Shown: one piece after another, positions 52,781-62,931 of the stretch
How positions within the stretch are numbered: the first letter of the stretch is position 1
How the letters are laid out: every line of letters starts with the position of its first letter
DNA from: Eimeria praecox
Taxonomy: Eukaryota
Reading direction: 5' to 3'
DNA: 64,000 nt
Assembly: GCA_963920595.1 (NCBI GenBank)
Contig: OY986947.1
Location: 5,642,001-5,706,000 of the forward strand
Notes under the pieces: model-generated
The model's input: the letters and a program-made list of their open reading frames with translations, nothing else
The model's database searches: none
What the model was told of the DNA's origin: nothing
Made by a program: the position numbers and the translations under genes

Positions 52781-53285
52781 ATGGAGATAACTCGACAGCT
52801 CGGCCTGAACTTTTGTTGAAAGATGACGAGAATACGGCTTAACGAATTGCATTTCTAAACGTGCCGCAGAGACGAAGACTTCGTGGAGACTCGCGGTGTG
52901 GCGGTAGCACGGCACGCCTCAGCTCCCGTTTTTGCAACGGTCGGGTACGGAGACTTGTTCTGGCTTTTGTTGGGTTGTTCCATTCATGTGGTGTAGATCC
53001 TTGCAGTCTCTTTTGCTGCTATGTACACTGATTGAATTTTAGCGCATGCTTGTTGGGCTAATTCATGCCATCTTGAAAGTCATACTTGCGCCCGTGGTTA
53101 TGCATGCAGGATGCATTTATATTATTGTTTTAGTCAAGTGTTCATTCCCAATCAGGCTGTGCCGCGGTAGCAATGCAGCTTCAGTGGCTCGACTGGCTGC
53201 AATGCTATGCTGCCACGGCCTTTGTGGCGCACTTTTTTAAGTGCCCGCAATAAATTATTTTGGCGTTTAGATGCCCATTTTATAG
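51712..53285 (+). repeat. Left arm of a long inverted duplication (right arm ~62395-64000, continuing out of the window)
   Basis: 51712 pairs with 64000 and 52780 pairs with 62932 (constant sum 115712). Weaker homology continues through the 3' flanks. Confidence 0.95.
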
Positions 53286-54811
53286 TTTAAAATCATACAG
53301 GGAAAACCGAGAAGTAATCGGTTTTTATTAAGTATAGGGAACAGGAACACGCATATAAGTTAAGGGGATGCTTGTTACTGACGTTTCTATTTCATACAGC
53401 GAAAAGAGGGAAAGGATATGCTTTAGGGCTTGCCTTGGAGCAGGAGCTACAGCACTCCGTGGTGCAGCTCTTGCTGCAGAGCTATTCTAGCAATGCCTGA
53501 AGGCAGGAGAGATTACCTACACAGCTTTGGGTGGAGGTATATTGTACATTTTGCCCCTAAAGAGCCTAAAAGTCAAAAAAGGCCTTCAGGCTCCTGCGCT
53601 GCAGAAGACCATCCTAGTATGAATTCTTGGCGAGCTGGGATCACGCAGCTAGTCTGATATGATACGGCGAGGTGCCCACACGCATAAAGCGTTGTTCCTT
53701 TGTGCATAGTGTAACTGATAGAAGGCGAGATGATGCTCAGCGTATTGCTTTGTAGTGAAGGCTGAACAGCAAATGTTACACTGGCGAATTGGCAGAAAAA
53801 AAGCCAATAAAGGAGAATATTTGGCCTCTGTAGTTCAACCAACGCATACAGGTTAAGGGGGGTGGCTTTCTGTTTTGTGCAGCTCTGTCCTGCTTCTGCT
53901 TGCCTCCTAGGTGGCCTTATTTCTGCTGGTTGTGTAGTGTAGTTTCCACCTGTACAGGGCACAGAGCGCTAACTGGTGTATACCGAACACTAACGCGCCA
54001 CTAGTTCGCCCGTGTATTTGCCAGTTGCCACCACAGATATTCAGTATCCCTGTAATTTGCTAACAAAATAAACTTCTCCTAGTTACTAGCTTTTGTGTTC
54101 TTGTGTACTGCAAGCATTTCTCCCCTTTCTGCTCTCTGCTCTGTTGCATTGCTACCAACGGCTTGTGGCCATGCGGCTTCGCAGATATTCCCGCTGCCTT
54201 TGCCCTTGTTCCTGTCCGTCGTTCTGACTCTGCGATGGCTTTTCTGTTCTTAGTTTTGTCCTATTTCCTGTCTCTTTACTTTGAATTTTTCCCGAACTAT
54301 CGATCTGACTCTGCTGCTAATCCCACCGGCGTTTGCTCCTGCCATTCTGTCTCTGTACCGCGTTGAATTGCGTCGGCCTGCCTTTCTGTGAAGCTCCCTT
54401 TCTCGGTTTGCGCTGCAACGGCAGCAGCTTCACAGGAGGTTTGCGGACGAAGCTGAAGAGAAGCGGTATACTGGAAAACATTGAGTAAAAAAAGGTCAAT
54501 ATGCTGCTTAGCACAGTATGTTTCCCTGCACATCCTGGCCACGGTCCCTCAGACAAAGGCGAATTTGTATTGTGGTAATTCCCAAATTAACAAATATAAA
54601 CGGGTGCGTTAAACCATAAACCCTATATACACCCACAGATAATAATCCAGATGTTGACCTCACGCACATACACAGCCTGTTCGCGTACGTACGCCCTGTC
54701 CCACGAAAATCAAATACAGAGGAAAAGAAGGATGTGCCAAGCCAAGGGAAGCCTATAATACTCAAGAAATATGGAAGTGAGCAAACAGAGGGCAAGAATG
54801 GTAGTCGCTAT

Positions 54812-57800
54812 TCACATGTTTCCTCGCTGTGCATGGACACCCTTCTGCAGTCTCCAGTAGTCATTGTCGTACGAGGTGAGCAGCTCAGCACCTTTGGGTA
54901 TGTCTTTTACAGCCACCACGACAACTCTTTGCGTGGCAGTGTGTTTATCGAACATGACCCGAAAACGAACGCAAACCCCCGGGCCATCTCTGCCCCTGGT
55001 GTTCCATCGTCCGTCGTTGATGAAGGCGCCCCCGCCAAGCAAAGGGAAAGGCGTATGAAACCCCAGAAGGTAAAGGTGCTGCATTTGCACGTTCACCACG
55101 TGAGAAGCGCACTCCATATGCCGCAGCAGCAAGGCGGTGCGCCTGTCAATCAAAATCCCGCTGTATTCGCATATCACTGCACGCCGACTAAATGAGCGGC
55201 AGGCGTATATGCCTAAACCTGAACCCCTACCCAAAGAAGAACCTCCAACCAAAAGCCCCTGCGATATACGCGCTAGAGAGGCATACCGCACACAGCCGCC
55301 ACTGCCCCCATGCCCACCTCCTCGGTCCAAACCCCTGTTGGGACCTTTGTCTACGGCCCTACCGTCTGATGCCTTGCCCAAAGCCTTCCCCTGTCCTGAA
55401 CGCTTGTTATGTACGCTGTTGCCTAACGGAACATCTGCGGCACCCCTCCCTAGGCCCTCGCCAATTTTACAGTCGTGCATGCCCCCTTCTGCTGCCGAAT
55501 ACAGAACATCTGCTTCCTCGACTGACGCAGGATCAGAAGAAACCGAACTATGGGCGCCTGGTAAGCAAGGGCCACACGGCTCTGCTGCTGAAGCCGCTGC
55601 TGTCGAAGCTGATGCCGCTGCTGCTGTAGCGCCCGCTGCAACTCCTGCCATGGAGCTTCGTGCTGAACTAGGCTGCCCTTCTGCCGCAGCCGTTGCCGCT
55701 CCTGCTGCATTGCTAGTGTTGCACTCGCAATCCTCCAAATGCCGGCTCGATGCCGTCCCCTCTGCTGTTGCGTTGGCCGTTGTGACCGTTACTACTGCTG
55801 GTCTCGTCATTGCTGCTGTTGTTAGAGAGGTTGTTGCGGCACTGTGGCTGACCTCTGCGCTCCAGGACCTCCGCCGAAATCTTGAAGGCGGCGTTTGCTG
55901 TTCATGCTTCTGCTGTCCCGTCCAGGTGGCTGCAGCCGCTGCTGCTGCCATGTCCCGTACAGCCGCACCAGCGCAAACAACTGCAGCGGTAGCTGCTGAT
56001 GCAGCAGGAGTAGCACCAGCAGTGTTCCCAAATGCAGGTTCGCTTTGCCTTCCCCTCCGTCTGCCGCCTAACACTTGGTGCGCCCGGTCTTGCGGTGGGG
56101 CCGCCCGGGAGCAGCAATTGCAGCAACTTCCAGCTGTTTGCTCTGCTGTTTTGTCTGTCTCAGGGGTGAGCCACGGGGGGCAGCAGCAATAAGCCGAACA
56201 GAAAGAAGAGGCCATGAGCCCTACAGCAGCTGCGCCATTCGCTGCCCTCTTTCCCAATCCATCCCTCGCATGCAGTCCCTGTGCTGCTCCTAGTTCAGCA
56301 GCAGCATCGATCGGTTTTGCTACTGCTGGCGCGGGGGTCAGTTGAAGTAGATCTGGGCATACTGCTTCTGCTTCTGCTTCTGGTGCAGCGGTGTTGGCGG
56401 GCGGTGCTTGCTGCCCTTGCCTTTCCCTCTGGGCAAACCCACTGCCCCACATGCCCCACATCGGGTGCTGGGCAGCCACTGAAGGGGGAACAAAACAATC
56501 CAGACCTCTTCTTCTGCGGAAGAGGAGGCGACGCCTCTTTGTAGGGGGGGGCGGCCAAGGCCTGGCATGCAGACAGAATATCGAAGGCAGCAGAGGTAGC
56601 AGCAAAGGAGGCACAACCAGCGGCTCTCCTCCTGAGTCGGCGCTACTCCACCAGTTGCTGTCTTCTGCTGTTGCTGCTGCTGCTACTGCACGCGCCCGCC
56701 ATCCAATACCTTCCTGAACCTCACTGTGCTCACCAGCAGAGCCTGAGCAATCGTCCTGTTGCTTTTTGTGCAGCTGCTGTTGTTGTTCATGTTGCTGATG
56801 GCGTTGCTCCTGCTCTCGCTCCCGTTGCTGCTGCCCTCGCTGCTGCTGTTGATCCTCCCGCTGAGGCTGCTGCCGAGCAGTAGACACAGTAGATGTCGAC
56901 CGCTTAAGACGGCGTGAGGGTTTCTGCATGGCCGTGTGCACGCTGGGATAAACGCTGGGATAAACGCACAAATCTGGGTGGTCCTGTACGGGATGATGGG
57001 TAGAGCAAATCGCCACACTGCTGTTGAGTCCCCCAGTTCTCTTGAGGGGAGGGTTGCGGATTGAGGAGAGACTGCGTTTTGCAGTGTTCCCGCCTCTTCC
57101 TTCCCCTGTCCACGGCCATCGATTGTTCTTGAGTGTGTGAAGGCAAGAACCGCATAAAAAGCTACCCCCTACAGAAGAGAAAGGAGACAGGCACAAAACA
57201 CAAGAGGTGCGCAGTGCTACGCAACCTTCGCAGTTGTCTTTTCCGTCAGGACCTTGATGTTTCGCAGAACCGGCCACCGCCGCTTCAGCATTTCGCGCGG
57301 GGCTTCTCACAGCCTCTCCTCCAAACTTCCGAACCTTCCTAGACAGTGCGCTGCCGTTGCTGCTTCTGCTCTTCACGCCGCTGCTATTGCTGCCGTTCCC
57401 GATGGTGCTGGACACGGTGCTGCTGGCAGCGCTGCAGGTGGTGCTGCAGGTGGTGTAAGTCTCGAGTGGGTCGGTAGCAACTGCAGCAGCTGTTGCAGCT
57501 GTTGCTGCTGCAGCGCACGGAGATCCCTGAGATTCTCTTGCCTCTGCATCCGGACCAGGCGCTGCCGCTGTGTCCAACGCAGCAGCAGCAGCACGAGGAG
57601 GATGGCGATGGCTTGTGGGTTCTCCTCCCACCACCGCGAAGTCAGAGGAGAGCTGCTGTGAAGCGCCAGGGGTGCTGCCTGTTACGGTAGAGGGGCTGGT
57701 TGCATGTAGCCCCAAGGCCAACACTCCAGCCACCAGCCGTTTCGGATCGGCAGCGATCCAGCGGGCAAGGATACTCTCCGGAGTGGCGGCGTGTGGAGGT

Positions 57801-58060
57801 CGGCGCCTGGGGTCTATGTCTGCCCCTCGCTTATTTGCAGCCAGCTGCAACAAGAGCTGCTTCTGCAGCAGCCTTAGAAGACGTCTATGGGGAGCCGACA
57901 GGCCTTGGACACCCTCCATCTGCGGAGCCGCCCAAGCAGGTGCAGATACACCGCATTGCAACGGCGCTTCTGCAGAAGCCGTTTTTGTCTCCTCTGCAGC
58001 CGATAGAGCCCCTCCTGTAGCTTGCTCCTGTCCCGCTTCCCCTGCCAAGCCTACCATCAT
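54812..58060 (-). CDS. Large low-complexity protein with a C-terminal SET domain (putative lysine methyltransferase)
   Basis: 1082-aa ORF. GSGLGIYACRSF...VICEYSGILI, GGAFINDG, VVAVKDIPKGAELLTSYDNDYW; Cys cluster CEGC..CVLC..CGSC; polyA/Q/S runs. Confidence 0.85.
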   Translation of the reverse strand: MMVGLAGEAGQEQATGGALSAAEETKTASAEAPLQCGVSAPAWAAPQMEGVQGLSAPHRRLLRLLQKQLLLQLAANKRGADIDPRRRPPHAATPESILARWIAADPKRLVAGVLALGLHATSPSTVTGSTPGASQQLSSDFAVVGGEPTSHRHPPRAAAAALDTAAAPGPDAEARESQGSPCAAAATAATAAAVATDPLETYTTCSTTCSAASSTVSSTIGNGSNSSGVKSRSSNGSALSRKVRKFGGEAVRSPARNAEAAVAGSAKHQGPDGKDNCEGCVALRTSCVLCLSPFSSVGGSFLCGSCLHTLKNNRWPWTGEGRGGNTAKRSLSSIRNPPLKRTGGLNSSVAICSTHHPVQDHPDLCVYPSVYPSVHTAMQKPSRRLKRSTSTVSTARQQPQREDQQQQRGQQQREREQEQRHQQHEQQQQLHKKQQDDCSGSAGEHSEVQEGIGWRARAVAAAATAEDSNWWSSADSGGEPLVVPPLLLPLLPSIFCLHARPWPPPPTKRRRLLFRRRRGLDCFVPPSVAAQHPMWGMWGSGFAQRERQGQQAPPANTAAPEAEAEAVCPDLLQLTPAPAVAKPIDAAAELGAAQGLHARDGLGKRAANGAAAVGLMASSFCSAYCCCPPWLTPETDKTAEQTAGSCCNCCSRAAPPQDRAHQVLGGRRRGRQSEPAFGNTAGATPAASAATAAVVCAGAAVRDMAAAAAAATWTGQQKHEQQTPPSRFRRRSWSAEVSHSAATTSLTTAAMTRPAVVTVTTANATAEGTASSRHLEDCECNTSNAAGAATAAAEGQPSSARSSMAGVAAGATAAAASASTAAASAAEPCGPCLPGAHSSVSSDPASVEEADVLYSAAEGGMHDCKIGEGLGRGAADVPLGNSVHNKRSGQGKALGKASDGRAVDKGPNRGLDRGGGHGGSGGCVRYASLARISQGLLVGGSSLGRGSGLGIYACRSFSRRAVICEYSGILIDRRTALLLRHMECASHVVNVQMQHLYLLGFHTPFPLLGGGAFINDGRWNTRGRDGPGVCVRFRVMFDKHTATQRVVVVAVKDIPKGAELLTSYDNDYWRLQKGVHAQRGNM

Positions 58061-60735
58061 ATCCAGGCAAGCAGCTCACACTCACGCCTAACTCTAGTGG
58101 CACACGCTGCGGTGGTCACCACCTACCAAAAGTAGCAGCAGCACCACCACTGTCAGCCCCAGCGGGAGCAACGGCAGCAGCCGGAGTGGGGCCCCACCCT
58201 TGCAGCTGCGGGCTTAGGGCTTTGGGGCCCTGCCCGATCTCACAGCGCTGCCGACTGCTGTGAGGGAATATCTGTGCCCGAAGGTGTCTCTGCTTCCATC
58301 TCCCTGAGAAAGAAAAGGATGCGTGAGGACGGAAAACAGGGCAAAAAAATTGGTGCAGACGGAGGGGGAAGGGCCAGACGGGTCCTCTGGCGGTCTAATA
58401 AGGAAACTAAAAAGATAGCAAAGAGGAAATGAGGCGAGCTCCGTTTGGCTGGGCAAGAAGAAGGAGAGGGAGGGTGATGCACGAAAGCCATGAAACGCAC
58501 CTGGACAGCACGCCACTAGCGAGCGGCCCGGTAGTTCTATGCGGGAGGAGGAACAATTCCCACTAGCCATTCAACCACAAAAAATATGGAAATTGAACCC
58601 CACTAAAGAAGCATAGGAGTGCTAGCAGCCGACCAGCCCTTTACACATAGGCCCCACCCAACCATCATCCGATACCAGCCCCAACCCTCTTGACAAAATA
58701 CTGCAGCAGACCACTAACCGCCGCTCAGAGTGCCGAGTTGCACGGCTTCCCTGCGCATCATGCTCTTAGTACATTTTGACAATTCGACAATTTAAGTAAT
58801 ATTATATTCTGTTTAAACTTTGGTATTGATTTTCATTTTGTTAAGTTGCCCACGGAAAGATGTCAATGGTCAAAAAACGGGGAAAGTGGAGCGGGCAGGA
58901 GGGTAGAGAGTGGTTCAGTGGTGGACCTGTATCCCACCAGGAATAATCGTGCCACTACGCGCATATCTAGTGTCATAGCTCCACCTGCTTCTATTGAATC
59001 GATCATTTCGAGTGAGTGCTCTTCTCGGGCTTTGCACGACCCTGCTGCCTTCGAGGGCCTCGTGGGGGGGCTGCACATATGCTGTAACACTTTAAGTACT
59101 ATTCGCGAGTGAAAATGAGTGAATGAAACTACGTTTCATTTGGCATATCGCAATATTGGAGACTTCATTCTCTTCATACGAAGGAAAGGAACGGACTTCG
59201 CCAAAAGGCGAAACACCGAAACTCCGGTGTACTGACTGCTAAATTCTTTACCGTCTTTACCAGGTATCGGGGCACCGCCAATCGCCGTGTGCGAAATGTG
59301 CCGCTATAATCCTGGAAATAACATGCGTCAGTGGCTAAAACATCTAGCTATGTGGAGCTTATTTTGGCCTCTTAGCTCGAGTGGCACAAGAGAAAGGGCT
59401 CATGACTCGTTAAGGCAAACGATGGCGACAAGAGAGGGAGCTGCAGCTGCGGGACAGCAACAAGCCGCTTTCCTTGCGAATATGATAGCTGCTCCTCCAA
59501 GCATTGCACTTAAAGTACAACCCGCGAGAACTCTTCGGTTTAGCAAATCACAGCTTAACGCCCTTTTGGCAGACTTGCGGCATGAAGTGAAGTCTCAAGT
59601 ACGTAAACATGCAGCAAAGCACATTTCTTCTACCGTCTGATGCATTCAACTTGCCAATCGTTTTAATCCTGAAGGTGGCTATTCTAGAGGGTGAGCAAAA
59701 AAAGACGCAACAGAGCAAGCAGAGGACCAGCCTGAAAGGGGCCAAACATAGGCGAAATGGCTGAGGAGGAAAGGAGGAGGCAGAAGACGGCTTCGACGTG
59801 GGCCACTCATGGCTCACCCATTTGGATACCAAAAGAAGGTACAGCCAGTCTGGCGGAGCTTTTGCGTTAGGCCTCCCCTGTGGATTTCAGTTGTGACGTA
59901 TGTACAGCACGCGGCGCGGCGCCAGGTGCTGTGGAAGCAGAAATGAGCTTCGTGGGCCCACAAAACAAATAAATCAAGGGATTCCATCTTCTGTTATGCT
60001 ACATCCCTGTAGCTTCAGCGACGTGGGAGGCAACAGCCTCGGTTTGCTATTGCGTTTAGCCCTCTGGTGCCGCTCCACTCCCAGTTAGCCCACCCACATA
60101 GGTCCTCTGAAAAGGAAGAGGTCCGTTTTGTGCCGTGTTCACAAATTTCTGCTCAGAGTTATGCAGAATAACGTTGATAACATGCGACATGCCTACAGGC
60201 ACCGCTTCGCTTTGCTGGGGCCGAACCATCGCCGGCGGCAACCGTTATAGAAGGTGAGCGCAATTACAGATTGAGCAGCTTTCCCAACATTTCAAAAATT
60301 TGGCTCGTAGGGCCCCTCAACACCAGGCAATTCGTCGAATGAAGCCCTTCATCTAGTCTTTGGGGCTTCAAGGGGGCCTTCGGTGTGGCGGAGAGAAGTG
60401 TGTAGAGTTCATGGCGTGCTGATTGAGCCCAAGGGCATGAGAAAACGAACAAACGAACAAATAACCCAATTATTAAACAAAAATAAGCAACGAACAAAAA
60501 TAAGCAAGTAGGCAAAGTAGTAATTCGCCAGATAAATGCAGACAGGGAGTCCACATGGGGCAGCCTCTGCCCGGATGCCTACCCCGTTCGAGTCTTCTGT
60601 AAATATGACGGGAGGCGTAAGCAGATACTGTTCAGGCTACATAGCCTATTAAGCTTGCCGAATTTGTTCCTGCACTGCCCCCGGTATGAGTTGTAAAGGC
60701 GAATATAGGGGGACAGCCGGTGGTTCGTTGCTTGT

Positions 60736-61470
60736 TCATTGGTTTCCTCTGTTGTCACGCTCTGCTTCATGCTCCGTCCTGCTGTCATTTTTGATGCCTT
60801 TCTCGTCCATTCCTCCCTCTTCATTTGTGCGAGTTGCCGTCGTTGTCGTTGCCGTTCCTCCTGTTGCGGCTGTTGCTGCAGCTGACGCTGCGGCTGGTGC
60901 TGCCTCTTCTGTCGTTGCTGCCGCTGTTTTGCGTATGGTGTCCTGACTGGCAGGGCCCCTCAGAACGGCATGGGGTGTCCTATGCGCTGCTGGTGATGCT
61001 GCCGCCTGATTTTCTTTTCTCTCATCTATGCGGTTCAGCTCTTCATCTGCTTCGAAGTAGTGAGCTGAGGGTATGCCGCCGCCGTAAGCTATTGAAGTCC
61101 CTATTGCAGGGGGGGGCTGGCTAGCTGGGCCTCTGCTGCTGGTGCCTGTCAGGTGCCATACGTCGTGGCCATTCGTGCGTCCTAAGTATGTGTACTGAGG
61201 CTGTCCTTGTGCTGCTATCCTTGCTGCCACTTTTCTCGCCTTTTCCCCAGCCTTCAGAAGCGCTAGGTCGCGTCTTTTACGTTGTCGGCGGACCAAACGA
61301 CGCAGCCGAGACAGCCTGTGATACTCTTCAAGCCGCCGCCTCTTCATGCGGGCGTTGTGGGCGATTTCTCCCACTACAGCAGCCACAATAACTGCCGCAA
61401 TTATAGGTATATAACTTTTAAATGTGTAAAGGCCAAACTGAGCTCCAAATATGCGAACGCCGACGTTCAT
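60736..61470 (-). CDS. Hypothetical single-pass membrane protein (244 aa)
   Basis: TM-like YIPIIAAVIVAAVVG followed by an Arg-rich stretch and an Ala/Thr low-complexity tail. Confidence 0.6.
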   Translation of the reverse strand: MNVGVRIFGAQFGLYTFKSYIPIIAAVIVAAVVGEIAHNARMKRRRLEEYHRLSRLRRLVRRQRKRRDLALLKAGEKARKVAARIAAQGQPQYTYLGRTNGHDVWHLTGTSSRGPASQPPPAIGTSIAYGGGIPSAHYFEADEELNRIDERKENQAAASPAAHRTPHAVLRGPASQDTIRKTAAATTEEAAPAAASAAATAATGGTATTTTATRTNEEGGMDEKGIKNDSRTEHEAERDNRGNQ

Positions 61471-62931
61471 CCTTCTGCAGCGCCTCAGGAGATTTCACAC
61501 AAAAAACCTCGATGAGCGCACCAACAGCTCCTCTCCCGATGATAGTACAGAGTGTCTTGCACACAGCCTTCAAACCGAAGTTTCACTGCGAACAGGTATG
61601 CTGGGATGACCAAACCCACGGACAGTATGCTGGCGTCCCATCGCCGCAGTATAGCCAGTCCTTCAAGCCTCACGCCTGCAGGCCGTCTTGCGGCACAGAT
61701 GGAAAATGAAGAAATAGAATTGAAGAAACAGAAAATTGGACATATTTAAACTAACTGGCCTGCATCGACCTCTTCGCTGGTCGTCTCCTTGCAGTCTCTG
61801 TGGACGCCTGCAAACGACGCAGCCGCCTCCAGTCGCCGCACGTGCTTTCCAGGATGAAACTGAACCCCACCAGCACTCCACACATTAAAAAACGATTAGT
61901 CACACATTTAACTGTAGGCATTTTAGTAATATGACAGGTAGGCATGTTAAGGCGTGCAATTGGTGCTGTCTGTCGGGTCGCCGCCGACAGCGGTGAACAC
62001 AGGACTCCGATTGTCGGCTGCTGTGAATTAAACTAAGAAGGAAGCGGGTCTAAATAAGAGATCCAAAGCTCTACTTGCGCCTTTTTGTGTGAAAGGGTGC
62101 AAAAACTAAATTCGTATATGCAAGTCCACTTATCTGCATACTTAGGTGGAGCAATGCGCGCGACTCCAAAGCCTCTTCAAGAGGCTCCCTATTTCGCTTA
62201 AAGTCCAACTGAAGGCCTTTTCCCCATGTACATAAAGGGGTCGCGACTCCCTACTGAAGCACCGGCGTCCACTTTGTAGGAGGAGCGGCCAATAACAAGG
62301 ACTTTCCCAAAGTGCTTAACGCGTTTCTAACCCTATAGTCCACCTTATGAAAGAACGCCAACAGACTCTAGGGTTCCCCTGTGGAATTTTTAGTAGGAAA
62401 ATAGGCATTTAGCTCGCAAAACTGTTTATTGCCGAGGCTCAAAAAGCACGACAAAGACCGTAGGGGAACAGCGCTGCAGCCATCGGGCTCCAGAGCTGTT
62501 GTTGCTACCACAGCTCAAGAGCCCGACACGGCAGGCAAGCCTGCTCAAAACAATACAAGCAGTGCAGTCATTCACCCGATAAGGCACACAATTAATACCT
62601 GCATGCATATTCACAGGGGCAGGAGTGAACCTCAAGGGGCGGCCCATCAGCCAAACAAACAAGCGTACACAAAAATCTAATCAGTGTACAGAGCAAAAAA
62701 AAAGACTGCAAGGATATACACCACATGAATGGAACAACCCAACAAAAGCCAGAACAAGTCTCCGTACCCGACCGTTGCAAAAACGGGAGCTGAGGCGTGC
62801 CGTGCTACCGCCACACCGCGAGTCTCCACGAAGTCTTCGTCTCTGCGGCACGTTTAGAAATGCAATTCGTTAAGCCGTATTCTCGTCATCTTTCAACAAA
62901 AGTTCAGGCCGAGCTGTCGAGTTATCTCCAT

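Noticed and set aside
52652..52915. Identical 87-aa ORF occurring twice (also 62797-63060)
   Set aside because: Antisense by-product of the identical inverted tract, not a separate gene.
55137..56192. 351-aa plus-strand ORF, and similar long antisense ORFs (35348-36136, 24452-25060, 1174-1797)
   Set aside because: Shadow ORFs opposite real genes or the retroelement, with no independent coding signal.
59190..59240. Hammerhead ribozyme (stem-GAAAC-stem-GUA geometry)
   Set aside because: The required CUGANGA before stem II is absent (reads ggacttc) and no stem I can form.
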